63,934 nucleotides of DNA, filler included, from Phoronis australis (GCA_002633005.1; 4 parts of 4 records of this genome joined end to end with filler, not necessarily neighbours in it), one strand, 5' to 3'; positions 51,382 to 63,934 are shown, counted from the whole stretch's first letter. Numbers and translations: made by a program. Notes: generated by a model from the sequence alone, not told the origin.

Positions 51382-54300
51382 ATGTCATTTCCAAGCAAGG
51401 AAAACGTGTTGGTTGCCTTGACTGAATTACACTCTGAGACGCTCCGCATTTTGACAACAGCTAAGAGTTTGTCAAAAGGTGAATTTTTATCATTACTTAA
51501 GACTTTGTAGTTTGGCCATGCAAGACATTAGCATCACTCTTCTTTGTCTTGTTTTTTTAATTTTTGTCTGAACTCTTTCGAAGGAATTCAATTAGAATGC
51601 CATTAATTGAGACTGGAATTTATTGAAATTCATTGAATTATTTCTGTTTATATTAGTTCCTAAAATAACAAGGTTTGTCTACGAAAATCTCACCAATTTA
51701 AGACATGACAGACAAGCGCTGGAATTTTTATCGACCCATTTAAACCCCTTAAAATCGGTTAAATTTTATAGAAAGGGAAGTATAACAATTATAAAAAGCC
51801 CAGTAGTCGCTTAGCATTGCTTTTGAACATCATTATTACATTATCATGAGAAAGTCATGTATTTTTCATGTGAAAACGCTGAGAATATGCTTAGATAAAT
51901 CTGATGTCTCGGAAAAATAATGCTTGTGCTGGCTTACAGAGTAAATACACATACTTATCTATTGCAGGTTCTGTGGAGCAGTTTGTTTCTTCTAAGATAT
52001 CATGCATGTTTAAGTTTGTTGTGGTGCTAGCCAAAGTCTTCAAGGACCTTGGAATCTCTACAAAGGTAGAACTGAATAAAGCCTGTGAAGCTCACTTCAG
52101 GTAAACCTCTATCTGATTGATTAAGACTCCTAATAGCACAATTGTGCTTTCCTCTTGTGGTCAGTTGCAGTACTAATCTGTTGTCAGTTATCTTGTAATT
52201 TCCCATGAAATTAGTGAGTTTAGTCTTCGTCAACAAAGGTTTGTCGATAATACCCAAGCTTTGAAATCACAGACTGAAAGTTGAATAAGGTGTAAGTTGC
52301 AACCAAGTTTTTTGCTTTAGGTGTCTAAGTGAAAAGTAATGTGATGGTTTTGATGGGTAATTGCTGCAGGCGAGTGAACTGAAGCTTGAACATATGCTAA
52401 TTTCTATTTACAGTGCAGCTAATTTATACGTACTGGAAAAACATTACGGGATTTTGTTTACACAATCTTGTGTTCTTCGCTCAATTCGCTCTGCACTATT
52501 TTTTTACATTCATGCTGAAAATTAACAATTCCATTCATGTTCACATCTTTTTCAGACATGCCGATGTCAGGGAGATTTTGGAAGACTTCTGGAAAACTGA
52601 GGTACTAATTATGACAATCCATCAGTACAGCAACTGAAAATCTACACTGAATTAGTTTTGGTAATGTTTATTCTATTGTACACAGCAGCAATGGGCAAAA
52701 TTTGCTGAACGCACAACTATGTTCACGATTAATATTTTTCTGCAGTTGCCAGAGCTCCCTGTATCTCTGACGGTCCTTCGGAGTGCTTCATTAGAGCAGA
52801 CAGCCAAGAGACGTACAAAATTAATGAGTAAAATTACAAGAGAATATGTACATACTTAATTGTGTTTCCTGTTGGCTGGCCTGTCGTACAACTAATTTCA
52901 TTAGATAGCTGTTTTAATTGTAACAGCACTAGATTTTATTTTGAAATCTGAGGTCATTTCAACATGTTTTTTTAAATCATGGACAAATACAATGGAGAAC
53001 CACACCTTACGTTTGTGTCTTTTTTGATTTTGTTCTTTGTTATGCGTGTTTACACAGATTGGGAAAGTTGGGCTATTTAGTATTCATCATAGCTGATATC
53101 AGTTACCCTATCTTGATAGGTACAGCCTAACAATAGTTTAAGGCTTTTGAAAACTGGTTGTGTAATGGACCACGGATAATAAATTGATGAGGTGTGGGAA
53201 TCTTGTTCTGAGATTTACTGGCAGTGTGTGCAGAATGTTTCACAAAAAATAACATGGGGGTCTCGCGGATGATAAACAATTTGTGGCCAAAATGCGAATC
53301 ATTCAATTTGTCTTTGTTTTTTGTTTTTTGACAGGAAGACTGGGACCAGTTGTTATTGTCCATTGACAAACAGCTACACAGTGATGACGCCTCCTTAAAA
53401 GATGGCGATACCAGTATGCTAGACGTTCCCTTGGTTGATGCTCACTCTAATGAGACGATCACATTGAAGTCTCTTCTTGGCGCTGGCGATATCCTGTTGA
53501 TACTTTTGCGACATTTTGCGTGACTTCCGTGACGGGATCATGTGGCCCAAGTCCTTGAGAGACAGGTAAGGGCATACAGTAATTGCTCCATGCCAACATA
53601 AATTTCTTTTACAAAATATGGTAGTAACAGACAAGAAATCCAGGCATTCTTGCCTTCGACGGGTATGATACGAAATAAGGAAAAGATGGCGAATTTAGTA
53701 CAAACGACATCTTTTTACTGAGCAGCCGAGTGCAATTTTCGCATTATTTTAATTACTTTTGGGCTTTTATCCAACAATTGTGTCATCCTCATTGTATGTA
53801 ACTTAAGTTTACATCTAATCTTCAAAGTATCAGTTCAGTCTATTTTTGTTTTTCGATTATGTTTGCAACCTTTTACGTGAAATTTGATTCAAGGTAATAT
53901 ATATGATATGCTGTTAATCAACTGATTATATTTATGCATTAAACAGATAATACAGTAATACATACAAGCAGTAAATTGTCTTTCAGGCTGAATTCACTAC
54001 ACGATCCTGCAGCGTTTTCATAGTTTCATTTGGGGTGCGTGAGGGGGCCCTGCGTTGGATTAAGGAGACTGGCTGGCCTGGCAGAATGCTCCTTGACCAA
54101 CAGCGACAGGTAGGTGAGCTGGTGTGACCCACAATGCTTAAGAGCTATATGAGATTATTTCTTACTTAGTAAACTTGATTTCGTTTCCCCTTAGCTTACG
54201 TGAGCGACCATAAAATATTTGCGTGTCTCAAATAATTTTATTTGTAATAAGACGAAAGAATTATTTTTTGTGAGTTGTTAAAACAGAACAATGTTGCAAA

Positions 54301-57300
54301 AAAGGTATAATGTACCCGCATTTTTAGAACCAGCTTTCTCCACTGAATAATGGGTTTCAAAACTGGTTCTAAACATGTGGCATGTTATATCTGACTATTG
54401 CCCAAAATGAGCTTGTACTGACAATGTGCAATGAAAAAATGAAGTATGTTAGCTACAGACCTGCACACCTCAGAAGGGTGATTGTAGGATGTCTTTTATT
54501 ATTGGATTTTGTATCAACTTTTAATGCATGGCTTTTTTTGGCACTTGCCAATCAATATGTGTCCATGAAATTCTACAGGAAGTTGATTTCTGAGATTTTT
54601 TAAAAAAATAGTAACTTTTACAGAGTTGGAAAGGAAGCAAAGGTGTTCTTTGGTGCAAATTAAATACAGGTGAAGAAATATACCTCCAGCAACTAAAGGA
54701 AAAGTGTTACACTCCACGAAATAGCAATTTATTTCAGCTAGTCTTTTACTGCTGTGAAGTTTTCCCAAATACTGAAATTGCTCTGCTCCTCACATTGTAC
54801 TTGGATCAGTGTTCATGATATTGAGAGTTGATGGCATTACTTGCGTTTCTTGTACAAATTTATTGAAGGAGTAAAGGTATCATGAAATTGACTTAACGAA
54901 GGTAAAGGGATTTGTGCTGAAAATGTATCTTGAAAGTTTTGTTTTGAAAGAAGTCGGTATATTTAAGTTAATTAAAGTTTTTGTACCTTTCATCATTGCT
55001 TCCATTCCTTACCAAGGGGAATATGGCAACAGTGATGTTCAGTGAATACATAGGGTAGCTGTACATAGTAATACATTCTCTTGAGAGATGAAACTTCAGT
55101 GTAGCACCTTTTTGTGTGGAGCCACTTTGAGTAGCATTACTTTGAATGACATCATCTCGTGTGTTTACATGATTTTCTCAGTTGTGCTTAGTGCCATGTT
55201 TTTATTTGACACAATTTTACTTGGGATTTTAGCTTTACAGATCAGTTGGTCTTGGACGGTCTGTGTTCAAGGTAAGTTGAACCTGTTAGTTGAGGTGATA
55301 AACTCCTTCTTAACCTCTGTTTAGTTTGCTCATGACCATGCTGTAAATATCTGTTTTTAACGGAGGTAGAGATCTGAGAATTGCATTAACATTTAAATTT
55401 CTATAGTTATCTATTTTTTTCAGTACTAAGGATGAAACCCTTTTGGGTCTTTCCTGGGTAACGTATAAATTTGTTTGTGCTGGTTGTGGTTCCAGCTATG
55501 GTGAAACTACTTGCCATCTTAAAACCCAAGCTAAAGAACATTTAGGTACTGACAAATAGTTCTCACATTAATGACTAATTGCAGAGATCCAACTCCACTG
55601 TAATGCAGAATGCGCATTCAGCAAATCCTTTAATATTCTGGATCAGGCTGAAATAACAAAAGGAACTCATAATCCATGAGTCACTTCACATCAGCTAGCT
55701 CAAGCCTGATCTGAATAAGCAGCTGGCGCAAGCAGGCTGTCACTGGTCTTATGAAGTGTCTTTTGATGTTTTGAATGCTATAATCTCTGGTGATAGCTCT
55801 ACTGTGCACTGTGTGGGTCAAGATTGTTAGTTGGCCATGATTGCTTGCCCTGATGTTGATGCTTAGAACACAAAACATATTGAAGTTGAAAAATCTTGTT
55901 TTTGTTAATATTGTTCACTAACAATTTCCGCAACAAATCAGAAGTTTTCCTCTAAAATTAGATGAATGTGGAACTTAAATGAGCCTACTTATGTTGCTAT
56001 AAACTTGAACTTTAGCATATCATTTAAATGACAACTTACACCTGACAAGTCACATGGATTAGTCATCGGCTTTAGTGTCGTGATAAAAGTGATGATTTAA
56101 GCGAGGAAGCTTGAACTGACATTTTATGATCACTAACAACTGTACAATGATATTTTGTTCGTAGGTTTGGAGTATAGCTACTCTGACATTTTATGCTGAG
56201 CAGATAGCTGCGGGCAGGACGCTTCCCCGACCATTTGAAAATGTAGAAGATGATCCACATCAGGTGTGTTGAAATCTAATGACAATCTATAAAAACTTTC
56301 TTTGACGTCAGCTGATAATTTCGAGGAGTTGGAATAAGAATTTGTTGTTGTTTAAAGCTGTTGTCTCTGAATGCCTCTTGACAACCATCTGAAACTGGGA
56401 GTAGTTGGTCTACAAATGCCAATATCATGGGCAGTGATGGCAATCCTCATTTGAGGAACAGATAGTTAGTGCCGAGAGCTGGCGATAACTTTTTTAGTGA
56501 AAGTATACTGAAAACCAAAAAGCCCCATTATAGTTCAAACTTAGTGTCAATAAACTTTACATAAACTCTTCATGGAATAGTTTACTCTAACTTGCAATTG
56601 AATTTAAATCTTGGACACATGTTAAAAATCATCCATTACAGTCGTGTTTTCTTACAGTGAAGGTTGCAACTCTTTTGGTCAGGTGACCAGTAATATTCAT
56701 ACTTAAGACAAAAAATGAAAGGGAGATAATTACAGTTTTGCCAAATATTTATATCGAATCTATTAATCAGAGGTAACGTTTCCATTCCAGTAGTTATGTA
56801 TACTTTGTTTATCTATCAAGAAATGAATCGCTTGAAGAGCTCCAATACACATCCATCATCTGTATTGCTACGGCGTACACAGGCAATGTATTGCCTGATA
56901 CTCTGGAAGATGCTTTTGGCCCCACCGTTTTGTCTGCTGACTCTGACTAGAACAGTGCTTTGCTTAGAAAATCTGTTAATAGTCATAATCCTTTCATATT
57001 GTTACATTAACCCTTATCCTGCGCTAGGCGAGGTCAGCCTACAAGCCTATTATCCTATTAAAATGCGTCGGGTGTACTCAATCGCCTAAAATAAGCTACG
57101 GCTAGGCTGTGCAAGGAGAGTGTACTCAACCCAGGACACTGGTGTTTTTCATTCAGAAATTGTGGAAGCCCCGTATGCTGTTTATATATGTGAGCATGCG
57201 TATTCCACAGCTCATAGTTTCCTGTACACTTTTCTGATTTACAACATATGGCTGTGGTTATTTGTTTCCGAGATATTTGAAAGTTTACGCAAGTTTTATC

Positions 57301-58671
57301 TTGGCTGGTGCCAAACGTGGTAAGGTGACTGTTGACCAGTTTCTTGAGGAAGTGTTCATGGACTCAGATAGTGAAAACGAGCTGGAATTGGCAATCGAAA
57401 GTGACGGTGACAGTGACGGGAAAACTAACACAACAGTCACAAGTAATGCAGATTCTATCGATTCGGATCTCAGTGCAATTTTTGGAGGAGTTACTGGTCC
57501 CTGAAGCTGAACTTGGAGGGGCCTACGACGATGCTTGGCTCATGCCCTTCAGGCATAATACAGGGCCTCTGAAACATGATGGAACTCATTCAGAATTAGT
57601 CGTTTTTGTGACTTTCACAGAGTAGCTTTGTGCCCCCACCCGTGTTTCAAGTTTTTACACACCAACGTGAACTTCAAAACAGACTTTAGCAAGCAACTGC
57701 ACCAGTCATGAATTTGTAATCGTGCAAAGTTGAGGTATGTTATATACTGTACATTCTTGTTTGTAGATGTGATGTTACAGACAATAAATCTGCTTTACTA
57801 AACATGCAAGTCTCATGGATTCCCTTTTAAAAATGCTTATTCCGGTTTTTAAGTGTCAGCTCTAATGTTCTCATGTGCGAAAACAGATAAAAACAAAGAG
57901 TGTCCAGTTTGAAAATTTAGGCTATGGTAAAGATATGCATATGGTGAAAATCTCCATTAAATTCTGAACAGCTTTCGTGCACACCACTGTTATGTAAAGT
58001 TGATATTACCCCTTCAAATTTCCAATCTAAAAATGTTAGGTCATTAATCTGAGTGACCTTCATAACAGCCCAGTGCACAGCAGCAGTGGTGACCTACTTA
58101 CCTCAGCGCACAGGGAAAGTTGTCTGAATAGAGGCTTAGCGGGATAAGGGTTAATATTGCAAAATTGTGGTGGACTTTGTTCAAGTTGATGTTGCTGAAA
58201 CGCTTAACCATTGGTACGTTTGCAATTAACAGGCTTCATTCAAACTCCTAGAAGGATCATGACTTGACACCTTGCTTGGCATAATGAGTTGTGTGTGGAC
58301 TGGAATTATTGTGCAAAAGCACCTGTGGACTCAATGGTGGCAACCTTGTTACTTGTACTCAATTGGTGTAGTGTATCACTTCACGTGATATGTGATCCTT
58401 CTTGTAGATGGGTGGAGATTTCATACTAGACAAAGATGGCGGTTTGATTCTGTCCTACTGTAGTAAAGATTCAACTGATCGACCGACAGTAGATTCTTTA
58501 CTTGACAAGCTACAGGTACTACATGTTAAACAAATTGCGATTGATGTATATTCATTTTTTATGTCGTATTGACAGCATCTGTGTTTGACAGATGGTGTTA
58601 ATTGTTTTGTTGCACAATAAACACAATCTATAATTCAAATGTGTTTTGTGTAGGATTTGAAGCATTTTTAA
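51382..58671 (+). CDS. SELENOL: Selenoprotein L (thioredoxin/AhpC-like fold, UxxU motif, two selenocysteines), about 297 aa
   Basis: Exons 51382-51478, 51968-52100, 52556-52601, 53335-53565 (..ILLILLRHFA-TGA-LP-TGA-RDHVAQV; TGA at 53521 and 53530), 53987-54109 (..IVSFGVREGALRWIKETG..MLLDQQRQ), 55233-55271 (LYRSVGLGRSVFK), 56165-56263 (VWS..FYAEQ..GRTLP..DDPHQ), 58408-58515 (MGGDFILD..S..STDRPTVD). All phases are compatible. The terminal exon is uncertain (58654-58671 DLKHF-stop assumed). A SECIS lies downstream. Confidence 0.92.
55417..55725 (+). mobile_element. Decayed Penelope-like retroelement, GIY-YIG endonuclease remnant
   Basis: Frameshifted and stop-containing translation FSTKD..YKFVCAGCGSSY-GETTCHLKTQAKEHL..FNILDQA..IHESLHI..KPDLNKQ, typical of the C-terminal Penelope endonuclease. 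Confidence 0.7.
57011..58150 (+). mobile_element. Internally deleted piggyBac element in SelL intron 7
   Basis: TTAA target duplication (57007-10 and 58151-54), TIRs CCCTTATCC..GC / GC.GGATAAGGG. Remnant acidic N-terminus (TVDQFLEEVFMDSDSENELE..SDGDSD) and C-terminal Cys-rich end (ALCPHPCFKFLHT, about 57622-57665); the DDD core is absent. Confidence 0.85.
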
Positions 58672-59358
58672 ACTTCCTTGAGATTGTCATCCATCAATAA
58701 CCTCTCCTCTTGGTTGGGATGTTCAAATTACTTGTGTAAAGTCTTGAAGTTTTGGGTAAAAGTTTGTTTTATTTTTGTCCAGACATCTCAACTTTTTAAA
58801 TGAATTTGATACTCGTTCAAGTGGAGGTATTTTTGCATGCACTGTGTTGAATGTTAGAAATGTTTTGTACTCTGATTTTAAGATGAAGTACAGTACAGGT
58901 CATGAACTTTCGATGGACAACTGCTCAGAAAAATAGCTGACCGGACTGCTAAATTTCTTTGGCAGACCGATAACTGACCACACAACAGACTGCAATACAG
59001 ATTTCAATGCTTAGCAAGTTTTCTCACTCTTAACTTTATGATTAGTCTAAGGCCCTGTCACTACAACTCTTCTCATTTTGAAATCATTTTTATTTGCTTT
59101 TTCAAAAAAATTCACTTTCGTTTCGTGCAATGATCTGTCTACATCAGATAAAATATTTTTTGACAATTTTTTTTTCATGTACGAGATGGGTGGAGGACTG
59201 GTTGACGATCACCCGTTGGCTAGTTTCTGACTGGTCAGCCAAGAACTTTGACCTTTGCTGTATGACTATTCATTTCAGCAGCATCATATATTATTTAACT
59301 TTAACTACTTATTTTTTGACATTTTCCCGTAATTCCCGTCTTTAATATTACAGTGAAA

Positions 59359-59438
59359 CAGCTGCATGCCACCAGTATGACTGTCGTCTCTGAAACCTTA
59401 CAGGGGAGATAACATGAAGTTTGGTGGCTAAGCGGTTG
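59359..59438 (+). promoter_or_regulatory. Eukaryotic SECIS element, type 2, in the SelL 3'UTR
   Basis: Helix I GCCACCA(59368-74)/TGGTGGC(59422-28); core ATGAC(59377-81)...TGAA(59415-18); helix II TGTCGTCTCT/GGAGATAACA; apical AAA (59393-95) followed by mini-helix CCT/AGG. Confidence 0.9.
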
Positions 59439-59748
59439 CAGTAACTACCTTTTGCTGCTTGTTCGAAAGATTGCTTAATGTTGTTTAACCTGGTGATGCA
59501 CAATGTGGTGTCTGTTATAAACAGAGAGTTTTTGGTTATTATGAGACTGGTAGTAATTATTTGTGCACAATTGTGGGAGATTTTTGAAAACTTTTATCTG
59601 TTGTCATAATATTGTCTGATCACGTTTAAGTCTGTGAAACCTTTTGTCCATTTTGAACATTTATTGAATGCAATAAGTTTTACTTTTAACATGGTTTATT
59701 CGCACAAATATTTTATGTTTATATATTAAGTATGTATATTGTAAAGTG

Positions 59749-59848
59749 NNNNNNNNNNNNNNNNNNNNNNNNNNNNNNNNNNNNNNNNNNNNTTAATTAA
59801 TTAANNNNNNNNNNNNNNNNNNNNNNNNNNNNNNNNNNNNNNNNNNNN
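59749..59848. other. Assembly gap with TTAATTAATTAA linker
   Basis: Same 100-nt artificial spacer. Confidence 0.97.
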
Positions 59849-62737
59849 CCCCCCCCCCCCCCGATTGGAACAAAAATGATGAGAAATTGAAAACTATTCA
59901 CATGGGCGCACCAAGAGATCCGTAGGCCTGAACCTAGTGACCCCGTTTATCTTTTTTAGTCCTCGCTGATTTTTTCACACCATAAAATTCGAGCCCGGCC
60001 CCCATAAATTAGGCTGGGTGCGCGCATGTATTCCATTACCAAAACTTAACCGCTTTCCACGCACACCCCCATCTCCACGATCTTTTCAAGCGAAACTAGA
60101 CATAATCGTTTTCACAAAATTCATTTGGGGTCAGAGAAATCATACAATATCCAGAAAAAAAAATGTGATTCAGAATTATGACCGTGGCGGATGTGGAATT
60201 GTCCAGTTGGCTTCTTACACAAAAGCAGTGCTGAAACTTGCGGTGTGGATACGTAGAGTAGTATGCAAAACTTACTTGGACAGTTGCACTGAAACATTAT
60301 TTTTAGAAAAAAGGAATTTTGTGGAGTCTCGGAGTGGTATCTCGGAGATGGTGTTATCTGTTTCAAATTTAAGTTCTGGATGGAAACTTTTTCCGTCCTA
60401 AAAAGAATTTGTCAATTTGACAGAGGGAAAATCGGTGGACTTCGGAAATCTAATTCATCAGGTCTGTCATGCTGGTAGAACGAACAAAAAGTCGTTCTTA
60501 AAATCGTGGAATGGTAGAGGAGTAAGATTTGTTTGTGGTACAATGGATAATGGTGGATTTTTTGGATTATGTGATATTTTATAAAACGTTTTCCTTTAAA
60601 CCTATAATAACAACTTTTTATAGACTTGGAAAATCCATAGTATCTTCCTGAGAAAAAATTATAATTTCAGTGTTATGCTACGCTTACCACATAATCCGGA
60701 AAAGTTGCAGCAGATAACAAAAACTAAGAACGGTATATTTATTTGTTATATGAATAATTTCACATCATCCCATAAACAATTAAACATTTGCTGCAAACGC
60801 ACAGCAATGTTCACGACATTCGCTCGAGCTCTTCGTATCTTTGACGATCGTACACAGTGCAACAATAAAGCTGACGACCAATAGACATAACAAAACCGAT
60901 TATGAAAATGACAGCTATTTTTGTTAATTGTTCAACAACTTTTGTTTATATATAATATGATAAGGATAAAACAGATAGCGCATGACAAATGGACTTCTGA
61001 GATGGGTAATGAATTTAATATGGGTTGAAAAACGATGTGCATAAATGCATTTAATATGTCTCCTGATATTAAGCAATTATAGTTTCATTTTCGACTAGTT
61101 CATAGAATATTATGTGCAAATTTATATCATCGAAGAGGTAAAAGCTTTCTGTTTTACATTTTGAAAACAAGCCCAGAAACGTTGACACATTTATTTCCGT
61201 ATTCTGAATTGTCTAGGAAGGTGTTTCTATAAACTTAATTTCAATAACAATGGTGAAAAAATAATGAAGCTAGTGTTCCTTTTGGAACCAGTGACATCTA
61301 TTCATCAACAAATTTTATTTTGATTCTCGCAAAATATCACATACACCATCAAAGATTGAAGTTGCTTTGTCATCTATGCTTTTGCGGCCATTTTATAACA
61401 GACTACACCACAGAGGAATATTTTTGGAAAGAATAGACAACTTGCTAGATTCATGCCCGCACCCAGCCTAAAATATGATGACTCGAATTGCTGAGAATGC
61501 GGAGCTTTTACTATGATCCACGGGGTACGTTCAAAGCTATGACTGTGCATTCGCCGAATTTTGGTAGTTTCTGCCTTTTTAGTGAACTTTTGTCTCGTTT
61601 TCAACTTTTTTTCTAAGTTTCGCTTCTCTGAGGCGCCTAAGACCTTTTTGCCCACTTTACCGAATGGGGGGAACCCCCGCGAGCCCCCTGGGTGCGCGCA
61701 TGAGGTTTATAAACACATGTTATCGAAAACCAAGCGACCATTGAGTGAGTGTGTTGCGTGTGTGTTTATTATTATGACTTAGATTTTACGTTTTGAGTTA
61801 TTGGACACAAATGTACAAAAATTGAGAAGAACATGAACGAGAAGACACGGTGTAACTTAGAAGACTAAACAGTTCAAATTTGTTAATTACTAGTGCCGGA
61901 TCTATACGCTATGGGACCCTAACCGAGGTTTTTTGGAAGGGGTTGCTTAATTTTTGCAGCATGCATCGTCCACACGCACTTGAAAACAAATACTTTACCG
62001 CTCATTTAAAATGACCGAGAAAACTTAATATAAAGATCACGGCGACTCGCTGCAGAGCTAATTTGAATCGGAATTTCAAATCACGGAAAAAGTCGTTGGA
62101 GAATCTCGGCACAGCTCTGTTTTTTCAGGGACACCTCTACCTCTATGACACGGGATACTGTCATAACCTGCTGCTCGTTTTACGTTTTTTCTTTCTTAAT
62201 TATATGATTTTATTTAGATTAGGCTTGCTTTGTTGTATGGGAGAGGGGGGCGAGCATGGAGGACAGTAGTATAGTAAGAGGTTTTGGGCGCCCGTTTTGA
62301 GGCTCCTCGGTCAAAGGTCATGTGAAAGGAGGTCACGTGGGATAACTGCGATCGGGACACCTACCGGACGGATGTGTCAATGACGTCATGACGTAATAGG
62401 TTTAATTAGAGAGGCAACCCGTTTTGCGGCTCCTAGCAACGGATCGAAACAAAAGAGGGATAAGAACAAAACGTGGATGAGTTCGTGTGCCTGTCGTTGT
62501 ATATTGTGTGTTCTGTCTCATCAAAAACAAAAGGCGATAACCACCCAACCCAACAACAGATGTCGTGTTAAGTCTAACCCAGGCCCCGACGGTACTGAGC
62601 GAATCGTACTACTAATACTACTAATAATAAGAAGCGACCAGCTAACACAGAACATAAAACCGATAGCGTTTAAACGTGTATTAATGACAAACCAACACTA
62701 CAAAAATCATACGAATATAAAATCATCAAAACGTTCA

Positions 62738-62837
62738 NNNNNNNNNNNNNNNNNNNNNNNNNNNNNNNNNNNNNNNNNNNNTTAATTAATTAANNNNNNN
62801 NNNNNNNNNNNNNNNNNNNNNNNNNNNNNNNNNNNNN
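62738..62837. other. Assembly gap with TTAATTAATTAA linker
   Basis: Same 100-nt artificial spacer. Confidence 0.97.
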
Positions 62838-63073
62838 TTTTTTTGCGGCAGCCAAGGGGGGCGGGGCCCAGGCCCCCTGGCCAGCCCCCTAAATCCGCCT
62901 ATGATATAGGTCCATTTCTCTTACTTCAAAGTTCACTGGGGTTGACCATCCTCAAAAATTGCACTTTTGAAAATGGTGCATGTAGGCATTGCCATCTGCT
63001 GCTTGTGTTGGTAAAGGAAATGGAATCCCAATGCATAGATTTTCATATTTTATCCAAATGAACAGGGTAAAAT

Positions 63074-63170
63074 GCAGCAGCAGCAGCGCCAGCAGCAGCA
63101 GCAGCAGCTGCAGCAGCTACAGCAGCAGCAGCAGTAGCAGCACCACCACCACCAGCACCAGCACCACCAC
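63074..63170. repeat. (CAG)n/(CAC)n trinucleotide repeat
   Basis: Imperfect CAG run grading into CAC. Confidence 0.9.
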
Positions 63171-63934
63171 TCAAACCATTACTTTAATGACTATCTTAGT
63201 TGTTCCATTTTTTGCACTTTGATGTTAAGAGATTTTATGAAAAAATCCCGTATTTAACTTTCGTTTTGCAGTTGCCATGGCAATTATGCATGTATTAATT
63301 CATAAGAAACCACTTTGATGTTAAAACAGTTTTTGTTATGGACCAGATAACAGCAGCTTAACTTCATCTATCAACTATGTCACTAAACATTTCTCAAGTA
63401 AATTAAATGTACTTCATGGATAATCAGTTATCTTTTAATTCTGTTTAGGCTGGGAACATCAAGATGTATTAACCCTGTTCTCCAATAGTTCTACTAAGGA
63501 AAGATTAATGATTGGTCCTATTGTTGATGAGCCAGCCATCAGCGACAAAGGTACTCATTGCAAAAACCTCACGTTTGGTTTCAACTTCACACTACAGCGA
63601 ATTCCAAATCGAGGCTAAACCAAATATCAATCTACTAGTCCATTGCTTACCATTCCCACTTTTGTTGATCATTCCAACTCACAGGTCTCTTAACCATGAT
63701 GCTTAAGAAACCTTAAGACTTCGAAAGATACCAAACCTGGTTTTGGGTTACTAGCAAATATTAAAAATGACTTTCACACCCGTCTCCCAGAAACAAATAA
63801 TACTCTGTAATCCTTGACAACCCTCTAAGTTTGGAGGAAAATCTCACACTCAAAACTCCTTGGAAATTCTGGCTACATGGGTCGCACGTTAGTTATTGAT
63901 CCTAGTACAGCGCACCTGATAAACTGAGTTCAAA

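Noticed and set aside
53521-53532. SelL as a pseudogene with two nonsense codons
   Set aside because: Both stops are TGA, sit exactly at the redox-motif positions, downstream exons are intact, and a canonical SECIS is present.
59354-59380. TGA-AAC-AGC-TGC read as an extra UxxC motif
   Set aside because: The UGA is only about 20 nt from the SECIS core and the frame runs into the SECIS itself, too close for recoding. Probably coincidence.
60018-60401. 127-aa ORF after the second gap
   Set aside because: Starts with GTG inside a MITE terminus and has no recognisable domain or splice support.
62989-63222. PolyQ or polyS/T protein
   Set aside because: Simple trinucleotide repeat; the polyQ frame stops after about 20 codons and no exon context is evident.

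Overview
AT-rich, intron-containing animal genomic DNA, probably a marine bilaterian invertebrate (inferred from gene content, especially selenoprotein L). It is interrupted by three artificial N-gaps carrying a TTAATTAATTAA linker. Manual splicing with GT-AG and phase checks recovers five recognisable genes: (1) the 5'/middle exons of eIF4E2/4EHP (+); (2) directly downstream, the 3' half of a transglutaminase (+) lacking its catalytic-triad exons; (3) a complete 6-exon N4BP1-like KH-UBA-NYN(PIN)-CoCUN RNase (-); (4) a complete 5-exon cornichon/CNIH1 (-); and (5) head-to-head with it, selenoprotein L (+), with two in-frame TGA codons in a U-L-P-U motif and a canonical type-2 SECIS. The ORF track misses SelL almost entirely. 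Also present: an orphan 249-aa ORF, an orphan first exon, and many transposon derivatives (internally deleted piggyBac, Kolobok-like, Helentron/HINE-like, Penelope GIY-YIG remnant, MITEs, tRNA-derived SINE heads) plus mini- and microsatellites. The most unusual structure is the eIF4E2/transglutaminase half-gene juxtaposition, which is either a misassembly or a real chimeric locus. Gene identities come from recalled family motifs, not from database searches.
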